A stretch of 50,193 nucleotides of DNA, the filler included, from Jimgerdemannia flammicorona (lineage: Eukaryota): assembly GCA_003990765.1 (NCBI GenBank). It is 2 parts of 2 records of this genome, joined end to end, with 100 filler letters (N's around TTAATTAATTAA, not from the genome) between each part and the next. Parts side by side here need not be neighbours in the genome. Positions count along the whole stretch, not along the records: positions 1 to 25,052 come from RBNJ01000888.1; positions 25,153 to 50,193 come from RBNJ01000889.1. One strand, given 5' to 3'. This document shows positions 20,170 to 32,552 of the stretch, piece by piece. Under the pieces are notes generated by a model that saw nothing but the letters and a program-made list of their open reading frames with translations, was not told the DNA's origin and ran no database searches. Position numbers and translations under genes: made by a program. Within the stretch, counting starts at the first letter, position 1, and every line of letters starts with the position of its first letter.

Positions 20170-23100
20170 AATCTTACTTGATTTTGAAGAAAAGGCAAAC
20201 TTGAGCAAAAAGATATTTGTCTATACTTTGTATTATCTCAAACTACTTATCTGCAAGATCATACAATACTACCCAGTCATATTATAGACTCTTATAGAAC
20301 TGATACTTATAGTAGATAAGTTGGTAAAATATAGCTAAATCTTATTTTGTATCTACAAATAGGTCATGAACTCCAATTGATAAAGTAGTAAAGATATTAA
20401 TTTATAGATATCAAGAAGAGATATTAGAAATATCACAAGAAAGTTTACAGGCTGATTTAGTATAAATAACTTACTGTTAGACTTGAAAGTTTGGAAAGAT
20501 TCTTCTTATTTACTTGATGACAATAGTCATTTTCAGATGCAAACTAGAGATTATAGAAAAATATCTGAGTAGTAAGTTTGAGATCACATAGCCTAAACAA
20601 TTTTGAAACTTTATTAATATAGAGTATATCTTTAGAGATGCTAGTACTCAGGTTCTAGTATTTCCTAGTTACTAATAAACTTGAGATATCTATGAGCTTG
20701 TTAGTTATAATATGATTGAGCTTATCCTCAAGTACTGTTCAGTACTCTATAAACTTGACAACTTAGAGAAGAGGATTATGTTTGTTTATTCTTCAATATA
20801 ATATCTTAACTTTCATATGATGTTGATGTTCAGTTATCTCTATATATATCAGTATTATCTAGTATATCAAATGTTTGAGTTGACTCAGAAATATGCTGCA
20901 AAGAGTAGAGTTTTTCAAAGTTCAGTAAACTTAATGAGATCTCTGCCAACTGCTCATTTAGTTCACTAAATTGAGATAATAGTATATCTTGATCTATATG
21001 TATTTTTTCAGTCTAGACTATTGAGATATAGAAGTACTACTTAATGAATGTTGTGAGGTATTTGACAATACTAAGTGATTTGAAAATCCCTCTCATATAT
21101 AGGAGGAATATCTTTTAAAGGAATTTTTTTTTTAGTTAAAGAGTTTATAAACAGTTCTCAAACTCACTATAATATATATAATACTCACATATATCAGTTA
21201 TTGATATTTAGTTACATTTATTTGACTAAGATTTGAAATTTCAGTAGAGAATTTTTTGAGCTCAGAATATCAAAAAAAACAAGCTAAATGCAGAGATCTC
21301 ACTCTAGTATAAGTAGATTTGTTATATATATATCAAATGAACTCTTGATAAGATTAAGAGTTAGATTGACCAAATGTTTCCAGATACTTTTTTTCACTTG
21401 GTGAAGTATATCAGTCATAATTATTGAATAAATATTTATAAGAGGTAGTTCCTATGTATATTCTGGAGTTTGGTTGATAGATAATATAATTGTTAGTAAA
21501 AAATATTTATTCAAAAATAAGTAAAATTAATATATATAATTAGTTTCCACAATCTATGTTCTTGAAGGCTCTTCTTAGTTATTTTATATTTAGTAAATCT
21601 GTATACTTACAATTGCTCTCTATATCTCAGAAACTATTTATAGAGGATATATCTTATTAAGATATAAAAATTACAAGTGAGGGGTTATATATTTTGGACA
21701 AACTTGATTTATATAGATTAGGTAGATCAAATATATATATCTTTGGATAATTGACCATGAAGGACATAACTACTGGATAGTAATTATAAAGTTTACCATC
21801 TAGTCTATACATAATAATACTATTACAAAATATATTCATGATTAGCTATTAAATAAAAATTTTATCTAAATAATTTTGTAATTATAAATATTATCTTTTT
21901 CTTACTACAGATAGTCTGTGAAGTACCCATGATATATATCTATAATAAAGAACTGCTTTTACTTTACAGAAGGAGTCTTTTTCAATCTTCTTGAGATTCT
22001 CTTTAATAATTAGAAAACATATAATCACTGGGAATATATTTAGAGAGATTGCTAATAGAAATATATAGTGGATATATTTTGGTACATTCAAATAGATTAC
22101 AATATATTTGATTAATCTCAAATAATACCAGGATTACTATTGCATCAAGTGGGAGTTTCTTCTATAGTTTGGAAAGAGAATTATAGTTTGTGAAAGTAAG
22201 TATACTAACTGAGCACCTGCAAACTTAAAATTAATTATTATTTTACCTGTATTTGCCACCAAAAACCACTCTAATATATCTTGAAGTACTTTTATATATT
22301 ATTTATAATATAGTGTTTCTCTGCTTTAAATTTTATATTATTCTTGAATAAAGTATTTGACATCAGCTTGAGTAGAATAGTAAGTAGATCTTGATAGAAC
22401 AGTATATGTTCACTAGTCCAAGTTTTAGACATATAAGTGATGTTAAAAACTTTATAATTGAAGAGCTAATTTGAAAAAGAGAATTACTGAATGTTCATTA
22501 TTTTTACAGAAATATTAATTATTTAATTACATATTACTCCATTTTCAGCTACTATTTCTAAAAGTTTTATTATCTCTCTTGAGTTTGTGAACTGGAGAGA
22601 CTCATTTACTATTGAAATTCTTCTATTTACAAATATATTAAGTTTATCTGCAACTTTTCAGAATATATTTTTACTTTAAAACAATGGATTCATAAGCCAA
22701 ATTTATCTATCATTCTTCTAAGAATATAAAGAATTGTTCACATCAGTTATAAATATCTATCTGAGTTTAAAAATAAATTCATTATACTATATAAGTACTT
22801 TCTTACTATTGATAATCTAACCACCAGTTGGTTTGTAAATAATATGATCCTTGCTGAACTCCAATATAGTAGATAGACTTCTCTGATCTTAAATTGAATT
22901 ATCATTCTCCCTGAATAATTGTCTTTTCTTTTGAATTAAATTATCATTTTTACTAAACAATAGGCTTTTTTGTTTCTGAATTGAAGATAGACTATTACTG
23001 CTGATATTATCTTAAATTATATATGTATACTTAGTATGATAATATAAAATCTTCTAAGTTCATTTATATAGACTGCTCAAACTTGAAATATATGTAGAAT

Positions 23101-23290
23101 TCAGTATTAATTTACAAACTGTAGATGAATTTATAGATGATGATAATATAATGTTAAAGTTACTAAAATTTTGATGAACTGAAAATTTAAGAATAGACTT
23201 ATCATTCTGATATCATGTAAGTATATCATATATCTTACAGATATATCAAGTCAATCCTGAGACAGATTTGTACTTTAGGTTACAATATGA
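20170..23290 (-). pseudogene. Plavaka-type (CMC/CACTA-related) transposase, heavily decayed, intron-containing
   Basis: N-terminal C2H2-like YCNLKYKSVSGLT*YI; ILFYQDLL..NTLF; WWQIQ/KKLPLDAIVILVL (intron 22162-22246); LDGKLYNYYPVVMSFMVNYPK (cf. DG..R..P....ADYPE); NFEKLYSLQH..FD.LDN..TEHQH..VK..Y..NK.N; YDWVV..FAQVCLFF. Confidence 0.8.
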
Positions 23291-24773
23291 GTAAAAAAGC
23301 TTCAAGCTGATATTAGGTTTAAAGTAGAAAAGGATTTGAAAGACAATATAAATTTTAACAATAAGTTTATGATTACAAAATATACTGGACTAAAATAGAA
23401 TTCTTTAGCTAATTGGCTTTATACTTTTGCTCTTGCTTAACATACATACTTACTTACTTAATATACATATTTAATATATACTTATTTAATATACTTATAC
23501 TTTATTATATTAACTAAACTTATTATGTTGTCATATTAACTAAATGTAAGTAAGTAAGATTTACATTCACTTATTAGACTTTCTGATAACATCTGTATAT
23601 ATATAACTATTATAAATATTGTAGGTATAAAAAGAGATCTTTATCTGAAAGAATTATATCTTTTCTTACCCCCTTTACCACAATCTCTTCATGCCTAAAG
23701 ACAACAGATTATATCCTAAGATGAACAAAATATACTCCAGTATGAACAATAAGTACTAAACTGTAAAAAATATATATCAAGCTATAAATAAATTATATCA
23801 GTTCTGTGAAACTAAAGAGCAGCAGATCATGGATAGGCCACAGACCACAAAGGTGTGCAAATCTAAGAAGCAGACTATAGACAGACTGTATCAGACTATG
23901 AAGATATATAAAATCAAGAAGTAGACCATATTATATCTAGACAAGATCAATACTAGTAAGTTTATAGTTTCCAACTTCAATGAGAGGACAGCTAAATAGC
24001 AAAAGACTATATATATAAGATAAAAATAAAGACAGAATTGGTAAACAAGACAGAGGTAGCAAACAAGGCAGAGATGATGAATGACCTAAGCTTATAATTC
24101 AAGATAATGAGATGTTTTTATAAAGTAAGATACTTTCAAATAATAATATACTTCTGGATAATGAGATGCTTCAGAATGACAATATGAAGACTTGTTTGAT
24201 CAGATATATAGGACAGATGGTTAAGTAAGATAGAAAAAGAAATGAGTAAGTTGTTTTTAGAAATAAGTTCATAAATTATAGTTTGTATATTATAGCTTAT
24301 TTATAAATACAAATTGAATTTTTGTATCATAATTTAGCAGATCCATATGTATCAGTAATCTCTGCCAGAAATATAAGATTAATGAAGTAATCTGGAAGCT
24401 TACAGTGAACTACTTCTTCAATATCTTTTTCTTGGAGATCTTTTTCCAAAGTACAACAGTAATCTGAAAACAGATATTATTATTAAAATTTTAAAAGATG
24501 TGAGCTTAAAGACCAAAGGCAGTGATAGTTCAATTTATGCTATAGTGAGTGTTTAATTTACATTCTATTCATATATTTATTTGACAGTTCATGAACTCAA
24601 CCATTTTCATTTTTATTAAAAAAATAGCTATACCATTAAATTATGATCTACTGTTCTCACATTTATAAAGTCTTTGACAAAAAGTTCAATTAAAACTTCT
24701 CTGATATAGACCAGCTAAGATCTATAGCTCTAAAAGATCTTACTTATGTTTGCCAACAAGTAGTACAAAATTT

Positions 24774-25052
24774 GTCACATCTCTCTCCACTACAATTCAC
24801 GTTACACACACTTTTCAACACACTTTCGAAGCATTTATTGGAGAAAAGATACTAAGGCAATGTCAACCAGCAAGCAAGCCGACGTGCGTCCTAGGTCGGG
24901 TGGACCTGGGGCCTTCGACTGGCAGACTGTCGGGAGAGGGTATGGTTTGGGGATGGGGTCCTTCGGTGGCTCGAGTGGGCAGAGCGGCTCAGGCAGTGGA
25001 AGTGGCACCGGTGGGGAGGCTGGAGGGAAGCAGGGGAGGAGCTTTGCGGACA
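24774..25052 (+). mobile_element. L1-like LINE 5' end (5'UTR and ORF1 start at 24860), young CpG-rich copy, cut by the gap
   Basis: Homologous to 46656-46935; MSTSKQADVRPRSGG..GRSFAD. Confidence 0.7.
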
Positions 25053-25152
25053 NNNNNNNNNNNNNNNNNNNNNNNNNNNNNNNNNNNNNNNNNNNNTTAA
25101 TTAATTAANNNNNNNNNNNNNNNNNNNNNNNNNNNNNNNNNNNNNNNNNNNN
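25053..25152. other. Artificial contig linker N44-TTAATTAATTAA-N44
   Basis: Exactly 100 bp, symmetric, with a 12-mer giving stops in all six frames. Confidence 0.97.
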
Positions 25153-25336
25153 TTGATAGAGGAGACTTCTTCTCCCTCTTTTCAATACCTTTATAAATAG
25201 CAGGCATAGGATCTCCTCTGTATATGATGGTGGTATCAGCCTTGTGGCTGTGGCAGATGGGGATTGGGGTGGATATGACAATAGTGGTGAGCATCACCAG
25301 AAGGATGAAGAAGATGAGGATGTTGGAAAGCTTCAT
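25153..25336 (-). CDS. Small secreted protein / peptide precursor, 3' end lost in the gap
   Basis: MKLSNILIFFILLVMLTTIVISTPIP is a typical signal peptide; repeated IYxG (IIYRG, AIYKG); EKR Kex2-type site; pyrimidine-rich leader upstream. Confidence 0.6.
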
Positions 25337-26859
25337 GATAATAGAGATGAGAGGAGATGAGAGTATGAGATTATGAGTTGAGCTGATGAGATTGCAAATT
25401 CAATATACATGGCAAGGAAGAATTTGAAACCTTCTGTACAAAACTTGAGTCACTCCTAAACACTGTTGGTCTAAGATATATTGCCAATGATGAAGTATAT
25501 AATAGTACAAGAGTAGACTATCTATTTGATGCACTACCTGAATGGCTTACCAGAAAAATCCAAGAACAAGGCTGCCTAGTTGGTTGTGATCATCAACAAT
25601 GATGCCTAACCAGAATCAAGACCATGATCAAGCAAATTCTAACAGCTGGACCAATTCTGCCCTGAAGACAATTTAACAACAAGAAAAAGACTTAGATCAA
25701 GAAAGAAGAACCCAAGTATGAAGCATCTCAAGCTCCCTCAACATCCACTTTATGGACACCTAGAAATCATAAATCCACCCAGCCAAGTACCTTTAAGAAA
25801 CTCACCAAAGGAGAAAGAAATGAACTTTGAAGAAGCAGAGTATACTTCTATTGCTGAAAGACAGGACACATGGCCAGTATCTGCCCTAACTGAAAACCCC
25901 AAACAATAATATGAGCAACTGTTACTACTCTGTACCACCTCAATAACCTGACTACCAGAATACTGGACTTTGTCAAGTTAAGACAAACTACTAAGGCCCC
26001 AATCAAAGGAAGTCAAAAAGTAGCTAGATATGACCTGTATGCAGTTAAAGAAGCTACAGTTTCCAACCAAGAAGTCAAGTAAGTCTATACAGGAATCAGC
26101 ATCCAAATTCCTGAAGGACATGTTGGAAGAATATGCTGTTGCAGCAGCCTAGCATTGAAAGAACTCTCAGTAGAAGGAGGAGTCATTGATAAAGATTATA
26201 CAGGCGAAATTATTGTCCTCATCCAAAACCATAGTTGGATACTCTTCAAGATCTCTATTGGTTTCTACATTACCCAGATCTTATTTGAGAAAATCGAGTC
26301 AACTTTGACAGTCAAGGAAGTCTCTGAACTACTATCTACCATCCAAGGATCCAAAGGATTTAACTTATCAAATAAGACTCCAGCCCAATCTACTATGAGC
26401 AAAGAAGAATAATTCTATAAGAAAATTGAAGATAGATATATACCAAGTGGCTGATATCCCCATGACATTAGAATATACTCTTCTCAAATGATCAATGATT
26501 ATTTCTCTTATGTCAATGAATTGGCTCAAAGAAGAACCAATAGAAGGAAAACTCCTACAACTGAAATTACTACTATTGGATCAGACAAACTGCTTATACT
26601 CCAAGCTTTTGTCAACTGAGCACCTGTTAAGATTATAATAGATAGCAGTGCCTCAGGCAACTTCATTAATGAAGAAACAGCCAACAGACTTAAGGTCTTT
26701 ACCTCTCCAGTATAATAAACTCAAGCAGTTGCTACAGCTGATAGAACCTCATATGTTATCAGCAAGGAAGTCTGCAATCTACCCTTCTGAATTGGTGACT
26801 ACCAAGTACATGTTACCCTCCAGATCATACCACTCTCTGACAATGAAATCATCCTTGGA

Positions 26860-28361
26860 TATAAGAGGGTTACTTTTTAGGGTAATCATTACATAGTTCT
26901 GGAAGGGTTTTCTAGAAGTTCTGGATGTTCTGGAAGACTATTTTCTTATGGTCAAGATCAATTTCATAAGGAGTATGTCCTCTATGCTTATTGATTTCAA
27001 GATCAGGTTGATATCTCAACCAAAGTCCTTTTTCAGAATAGTTCTGGATGTTCAGGATTTTCTATGTTTCAGGAAGTTTAAGAAACTAAGACCAGCTTAG
27101 TTGAATTGGTATATCACTGCAGACAATACCCAATTAGGAAATTTCATGATGGAGTTAGGAGTAGGACCTAACAGGGGAGTGGATTTACTTAAGAGTGGTT
27201 TGTGGGTTATTAAATAGGTTTATTCACTATTCATAATATTGCTATACTAAGAGTAGTTGTGTAAAGGGATATTGTGGGAAAGTACTCAGGAGTTGTGTTT
27301 GGATTGTTCAGGTCTTCAGGTCTGAGATTCTAAGGTCTGGGGGAGGGGGTATTTATACTAGTGAGAGGCTATCTGGACTATGCTAAATATGGATGTAGCA
27401 CTAAGTACCTTGTTGAGTTGGAATACAGTCACATAGTACAAGAGTGATCTGACATGTCAAGAGATCATCTGACTGCTGAGTCAGTTCACAGTCATATCAT
27501 ATAAGACTAATCTAACTATACTATGACAGCTAAACTATTTATAGGTTTAGATACTATCTGGGTAGTCTTTGATGATATTACTATTGATGATACCATCGCT
27601 GGTAAAGTCTGAGCAGTTTTCTGACTTCTGACATCATCAGTTTCAAGGTGTTGTCACTTCTATCTCTTGCAAGATTAAGGCTGTCCTTGGTGGTGGTGGT
27701 TGTACAAGGATAACAGGTCTTGGTTCTCTTTTTTTTTAGTCTACTGGTGCATTTGCGAGGACTGGCCATTCTTGTCTAGGGTGAGGGCTCTCAATGTCAT
27801 GGCTGGGGATTCAAACCTCTCAGAAATGATATTTTCTGTAATCTGAGGTAATTTCTAGTAGTAATATCTGTCACGTGGATGGCTTGAGATTGGTTTCGAC
27901 AATGTTGGCTTTCTTGAGTTCAGATAAAGCATCTGTCACTCTCCAATAGAAGTGATATAGATAGAGCAAATGAAGTTATTCAAATGTGTTTTACTTCTGC
28001 TAAGTAATGAGGTCTTGTATAGTCACAGTGTATCTTGGTCTTGAGTTGATAAGTGCAGTTTGTGAACCTTTTGGTAGATGAGATAGGGTTCTTCTTGTCT
28101 TGATTTGAGTTTGGTACTTTTGGTTTCCTTTTGTAATAGTATAGTATACTAAACTAGTTATAGTGATTTGGAGTCAGTCTTGTAGTTATAGTACTTCTTC
28201 TAGTATTCTTATATCTTGGCAGTGGGTTCTCGTGCTTGCTGGCATATTTCATATAACCAGATGATCTCTTCAGTAACTTGTTTTGTAGTCTCGTATGTAG
28301 TTTCCAAATTAGCTCTGAGAATGCCATGCAATTTTGGTGGCTTGGAGGTTGTGTGCTTACA
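26860..28361 (-). mobile_element. Solo LTR, family B variant with a different U3 cassette (1502 bp)
   Basis: t(a)taag..cttaca ends; perfect 5-bp TSD TTGGA (26855-26859, 28362-28366) in the B1 protease region EIILG|TPW. 26860-27590 and the last ~35 bp match B LTRs; 27590-28325 does not. Confidence 0.92.
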
Positions 28362-30059
28362 TTGGAACCCCATGGTTAAAATAAGAGAACCCCATGATCA
28401 ATTGGGTAAACCATTCTCTAACCATCAAGAAAGGACATCACAACTTCAAACTGCAAGATGAAAAGGACCCACTCAACTCTAGTGACCCTGGACCAAAGAT
28501 CATTCATATCAATAAGCTACAACTTAAGAAATTAGCCAAGAAATGCCCTCTCTTTGCCATCTCCATCCACCCATCCAAAGGAGAACCTGAGAACTTTAAA
28601 GAAGACTTTTCCAAAGTTGACAGCTGTGTCAGACCACTACTTCAGAAATTCTGAGATATATTTCCAAAAAACTTCCAAAAGGTCTACCTCCTAAATGAGC
28701 AGTAGACCATACCATCAAGACCATCCCAGATGCCAAGCCAGCCTTCAAGTCAATCTACCACATATCTCCAAGAGAAATTAATGTACTCAAGAAAGAAATT
28801 GACAAACTCCTAGAACAAGGATTCATCAGACCCAGTATATTACTCTATGGTACACCAGTCCTCTTTATTGTCAAGAAAGGAGGAGACTTGCAAATATATA
28901 TTGATTACCATGACCTCAATGAACAGACCATCAAGAACTGCTACCCACTACCTAGAATCGATGAAATATTTGACAGGCTTACTAACCCACAATTTATAAG
29001 CTCTTTTGACCTGTGAAATAGTTACTAGCAAATTGCCATGAAAGAAGATAACATCTACAAGACAGTCTTCCAAACTTGCTATGGACAATTCGAGTTTCTG
29101 GTTATGTCTTTTAGCTTAACTAATGCTCCTGCAACCTTCCAGACCCTGATGAATACTATTCTGCACCCATACCTGAACAAATTTGTTGTTGTCTACATTG
29201 ATGATATCTTAGTCTTCAGCAAAACCCTGGAGGAACATCTCAAACACCTTGAACTAGTACTACTGAAACTCTGAGAAAACTGACTCTTTGCAAAACTCAG
29301 TAAGTATGAATTCCTCCTGAAGGAAATTTAATTCCTTGAATACATTATCACACCAAATGAAATCAAAGTAGACCCCAGCAAAATCTCTGCAATCAAGGAC
29401 TGGCCCAGATCCAAGAAGCTGAAAGACCTCCAGTTATTCCTGGAATTAGCAAATTATTACAGGCAATTTGTTACCAACTTTGCCAAAATTGCTACTGCCC
29501 TCACCCAAATGACTAAGTACAGTAAGAAAGAAGAACAGCTGTAGACCATAAAATAAGAAAAAGATTTCAACAATTTTGCAAATTGGGGACCTGAATAAGA
29601 TATAGCCTTTCAAGCACTAAAAGATGCCTTGATAACCACTCCAGTACTTTAAGTGGCAAACTCTGCCCTACCATATGAAGTTACTACTGATGCCTCTGAT
29701 CTAGCCCTTGGAGCAGTGCTTATATAAGAAGGACATCCTGTGGCCTATCATTCCTGCAAGTTCAATGATACTGAAATCAACCATGTAACTTATGAGAAAG
29801 AAATGTTAGCCATTGTAGATACTCTGATCAAATGGTGACCATATCTAGAAGAAGTACACTTTACCATATTAACTGACCATAAGTCATTAGTCAATATCAA
29901 GATGCAGGCTACTCTTTCTCAAAAGCAAGCCAGGTAGATGAAAGTCCTCACCAACTTTGACTATGAAATCCAGTATCACCCTGGTAAGAAAAATATTGTT
30001 GCTAATGCAATCTCCAGACTATCAATCAAAGAGGTTATCCAAACTCTCACCTTGATTAC

Positions 30060-32128
30060 TGTAAGAGGATTGCTTTTTAGGGTAACCATTACATAGTTCT
30101 GGAAGGGTTTTCTGGAAGTTCTGGATGTTCTGAAAGACTGTTTTCTTATGGCCAAGATCAATTTCATATGGAGTATATCCTCTATACTTATTGATTTTAA
30201 GTTCAGATTGATGTCTCAACCAAAGTTCTTTTTCGGACTAGTTCTGGATCAGGATTTTCCATATTTCAGGAAGTTCAAGAAACTAAGACCAGCTTAGTTG
30301 AATTGGCATATTACTGCAGACAATACCCAATTAGGAAATTTCATGATGGGGTTAGAAGTGGGACCTAATGGGGAGCGAATTTACTTAAGAGTAGTTTGTG
30401 GGTTATTAAATAGGTTTATTCACTATTTATGATATTGCTATACTAGGAGTAGTTGTGTAAAGGGATATTGTGGAGAAGTGCTCAGGAGTTGTGTTCAGAT
30501 TGTTCAAGTCTTTCAAGTCTGAGATTCTGAGGTCTGGGGGAGGGGGTATTTATACTAGTTAGGGGCTATCTGGACTATACTAGATATGGATGTAGCACTA
30601 AGTGCCTCGCTGAGTTGGAATGCAGTCACATAGTATAAGTGTGATCTGATATGTCAAGAGATTGTCTGACTGCTGAGTCAGTTCACAGTCATGTCATATA
30701 AGGCTAATCTAACTATACTATAACTACTATGCTATTTATAGATTTAGACACTGTCTGGGTAGTCTTTGATGACATCACCATCAATTACATCATCTCTGAT
30801 AAAGTAGTTATCTAGGAAGAGTGGTTCGCAGATTACTTCTCCTTGTTTACTGAGGTAATAATACATTGGAACTTTGTCTCCATTCCACAAGATGGTATCA
30901 TCAGTCTCATATGCTGGATAAGGTATTGGTGGGCAAAGAAGGGGTACATCATCTTCACTTTCATTAGTTTTGCTATCTGCATACCTTCTATAAGTTACAG
31001 CACTATGAGTCACGGAGTTGTAGTAAGCTGATGGCTGTGGTTCATGTCACTCATACTCAGGTGGTGGAGTGGTTAGTTCAATCTCAAGGGTTGTCTGGAG
31101 GTATAGATTGTGTTCTCTGGTATCTTCATTATAGTTGAAGTAATTGGGGGTAAATGTGGGTTGGTATTCGTACCAGTGATTATTGTTCCAATAAGTCTCG
31201 TATGCTGTTATAAATTGTTGTAAGTTCATCAGCAAGATTGGCAATGTGATCAGGGTTGGCAGGGATCCTTGGCTTGAGGTCATGTCAGTATCAGAGAGAT
31301 CATTGTCTTCTACTTTATCTTCGTTGAAGTGGATTATATTGTAGATGTCCTTCATGGTGTATCCGACTTAGGGCATTTGCAGGATATGATCGTTGAGGTG
31401 GGGGAAGGTTCTGTCTGTGGTTTCGATATACTCGAGGTACTTGTGGTTGAGTTCTTGTATCATGTCGTCGATTTGGCCATAGAACAGGATAGCAACCATT
31501 TCAGCTGTGGTAACTCAGGGGTGGAGAATAACAGTGCTATACTCGTAGAAGAGTTCTCGATGTTTGCAAGCAATGAGTTTCTGGTGTTGAGACATCTGGA
31601 TAATGTCTGTATCATGGTAGTGTTCGACTATGTCTTCCAGGAGGTGGCCAATCTGGTAGTAGCTTGAGATTTGTCCAATTTGGTGGGCCTCATTAAGCAT
31701 GTTCAGAGTATTCCATCGGGCTTCCATGAAGTAAAGGGGTGCTAGACTATGGATATTCATAAGGGGTAGAGAGGGTGTGGCTCAGTTGACAATGGCATTC
31801 CAAATGTCAGCACAGATACAGTTATAGATCTCAGTGGTCATGTTTGTGTGTTGGAAGTTGTAGTTGTTGTTTGTTTTGGTTCTCTGTTTTGATACATCTT
31901 GGTGCTTGGTATATATACATTTGGTCCTGATTGGTAAGATTCCATTTATATGGATCTTGTATTCTGTGACTTCATATTGACTCAGCTTTGTGTGCTGTGA
32001 CTTCAGTTTGACTCAGCTTTATGATCGAGCAGGTGATTTCCAGATTTGTTCAGAGGTCACATGTGATTTCAGTGGCTTGTTCAGAGGATGACATGTAATT
32101 TCGGTGGCTTGGAGGTTGTGTGCTTACA
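30060..32128 (-). repeat. B2 3' LTR (2069 bp)
   Basis: Direct repeat of 38646-40714; PPT at 32129-32142; TATA-like gtataaatacccc on minus near 30550. Confidence 0.97.
30744..31841 (-). pseudogene. U3-encoded accessory ORF of family B (B2 3' LTR copy), unknown function
   Basis: ATG 31841; ORFs 31515-31760, 31047-31355 and 30744-31013 share one frame, 1098 nt, the same length as the B1 copy 42902-43999. Confidence 0.78.
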
Positions 32129-32552
32129 ACTCTCCCCTTCTTAGCTTTCAACGTCCTTGTCAGGGCCTTCTAATTTTGTTCTAGTATTGTTACACTATTT
32201 AGGAGGTCAAAAGTCCAGTAAAGTCCATTTTTTCAGAAAGTGGTATGCTCATAGTACAGTTGCCTAATGCATTGGATTTATACATTAAAGGGTTGTGTGT
32301 TCAATGCCATATGCTGGAAGTGATTCTGATGTCATTCACTGCTGGAGAATTTCCTCTAAGAAATCTTCTTAAATGTCTATGCCTCATTTCCCACCAGTGG
32401 TATGGGGAGAATAGACTGGCTTTCAGTTTTGCTATTTTTTTCAGAGGGTCGGTATTCTTATCTTGTTTTGCTAAGTTCTTGATTTTTGATAATTATAGTG
32501 TTTGGGAGGATAATATATAGTATATACAGATAGGTGCAGAGTATTTGGTTTT

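Noticed and set aside
23584..24354. Possible solo LTR (TGATAACA..TGTATCA)
   Set aside because: Flanks ctttc/gtaat do not form a TSD; no partner copy.
30022..30219. Recurring ORF MRHQ..KINKYRGYTPYEIDLGHKK in the B LTR R/U5 region (also 38575-38805)
   Set aside because: It recurs only because the LTR is repeated and runs out across the LTR boundary; no independent sign of coding.
30744..31841. env-like identity for the U3 ORFs
   Set aside because: No signal peptide or transmembrane segment is visible in either family.
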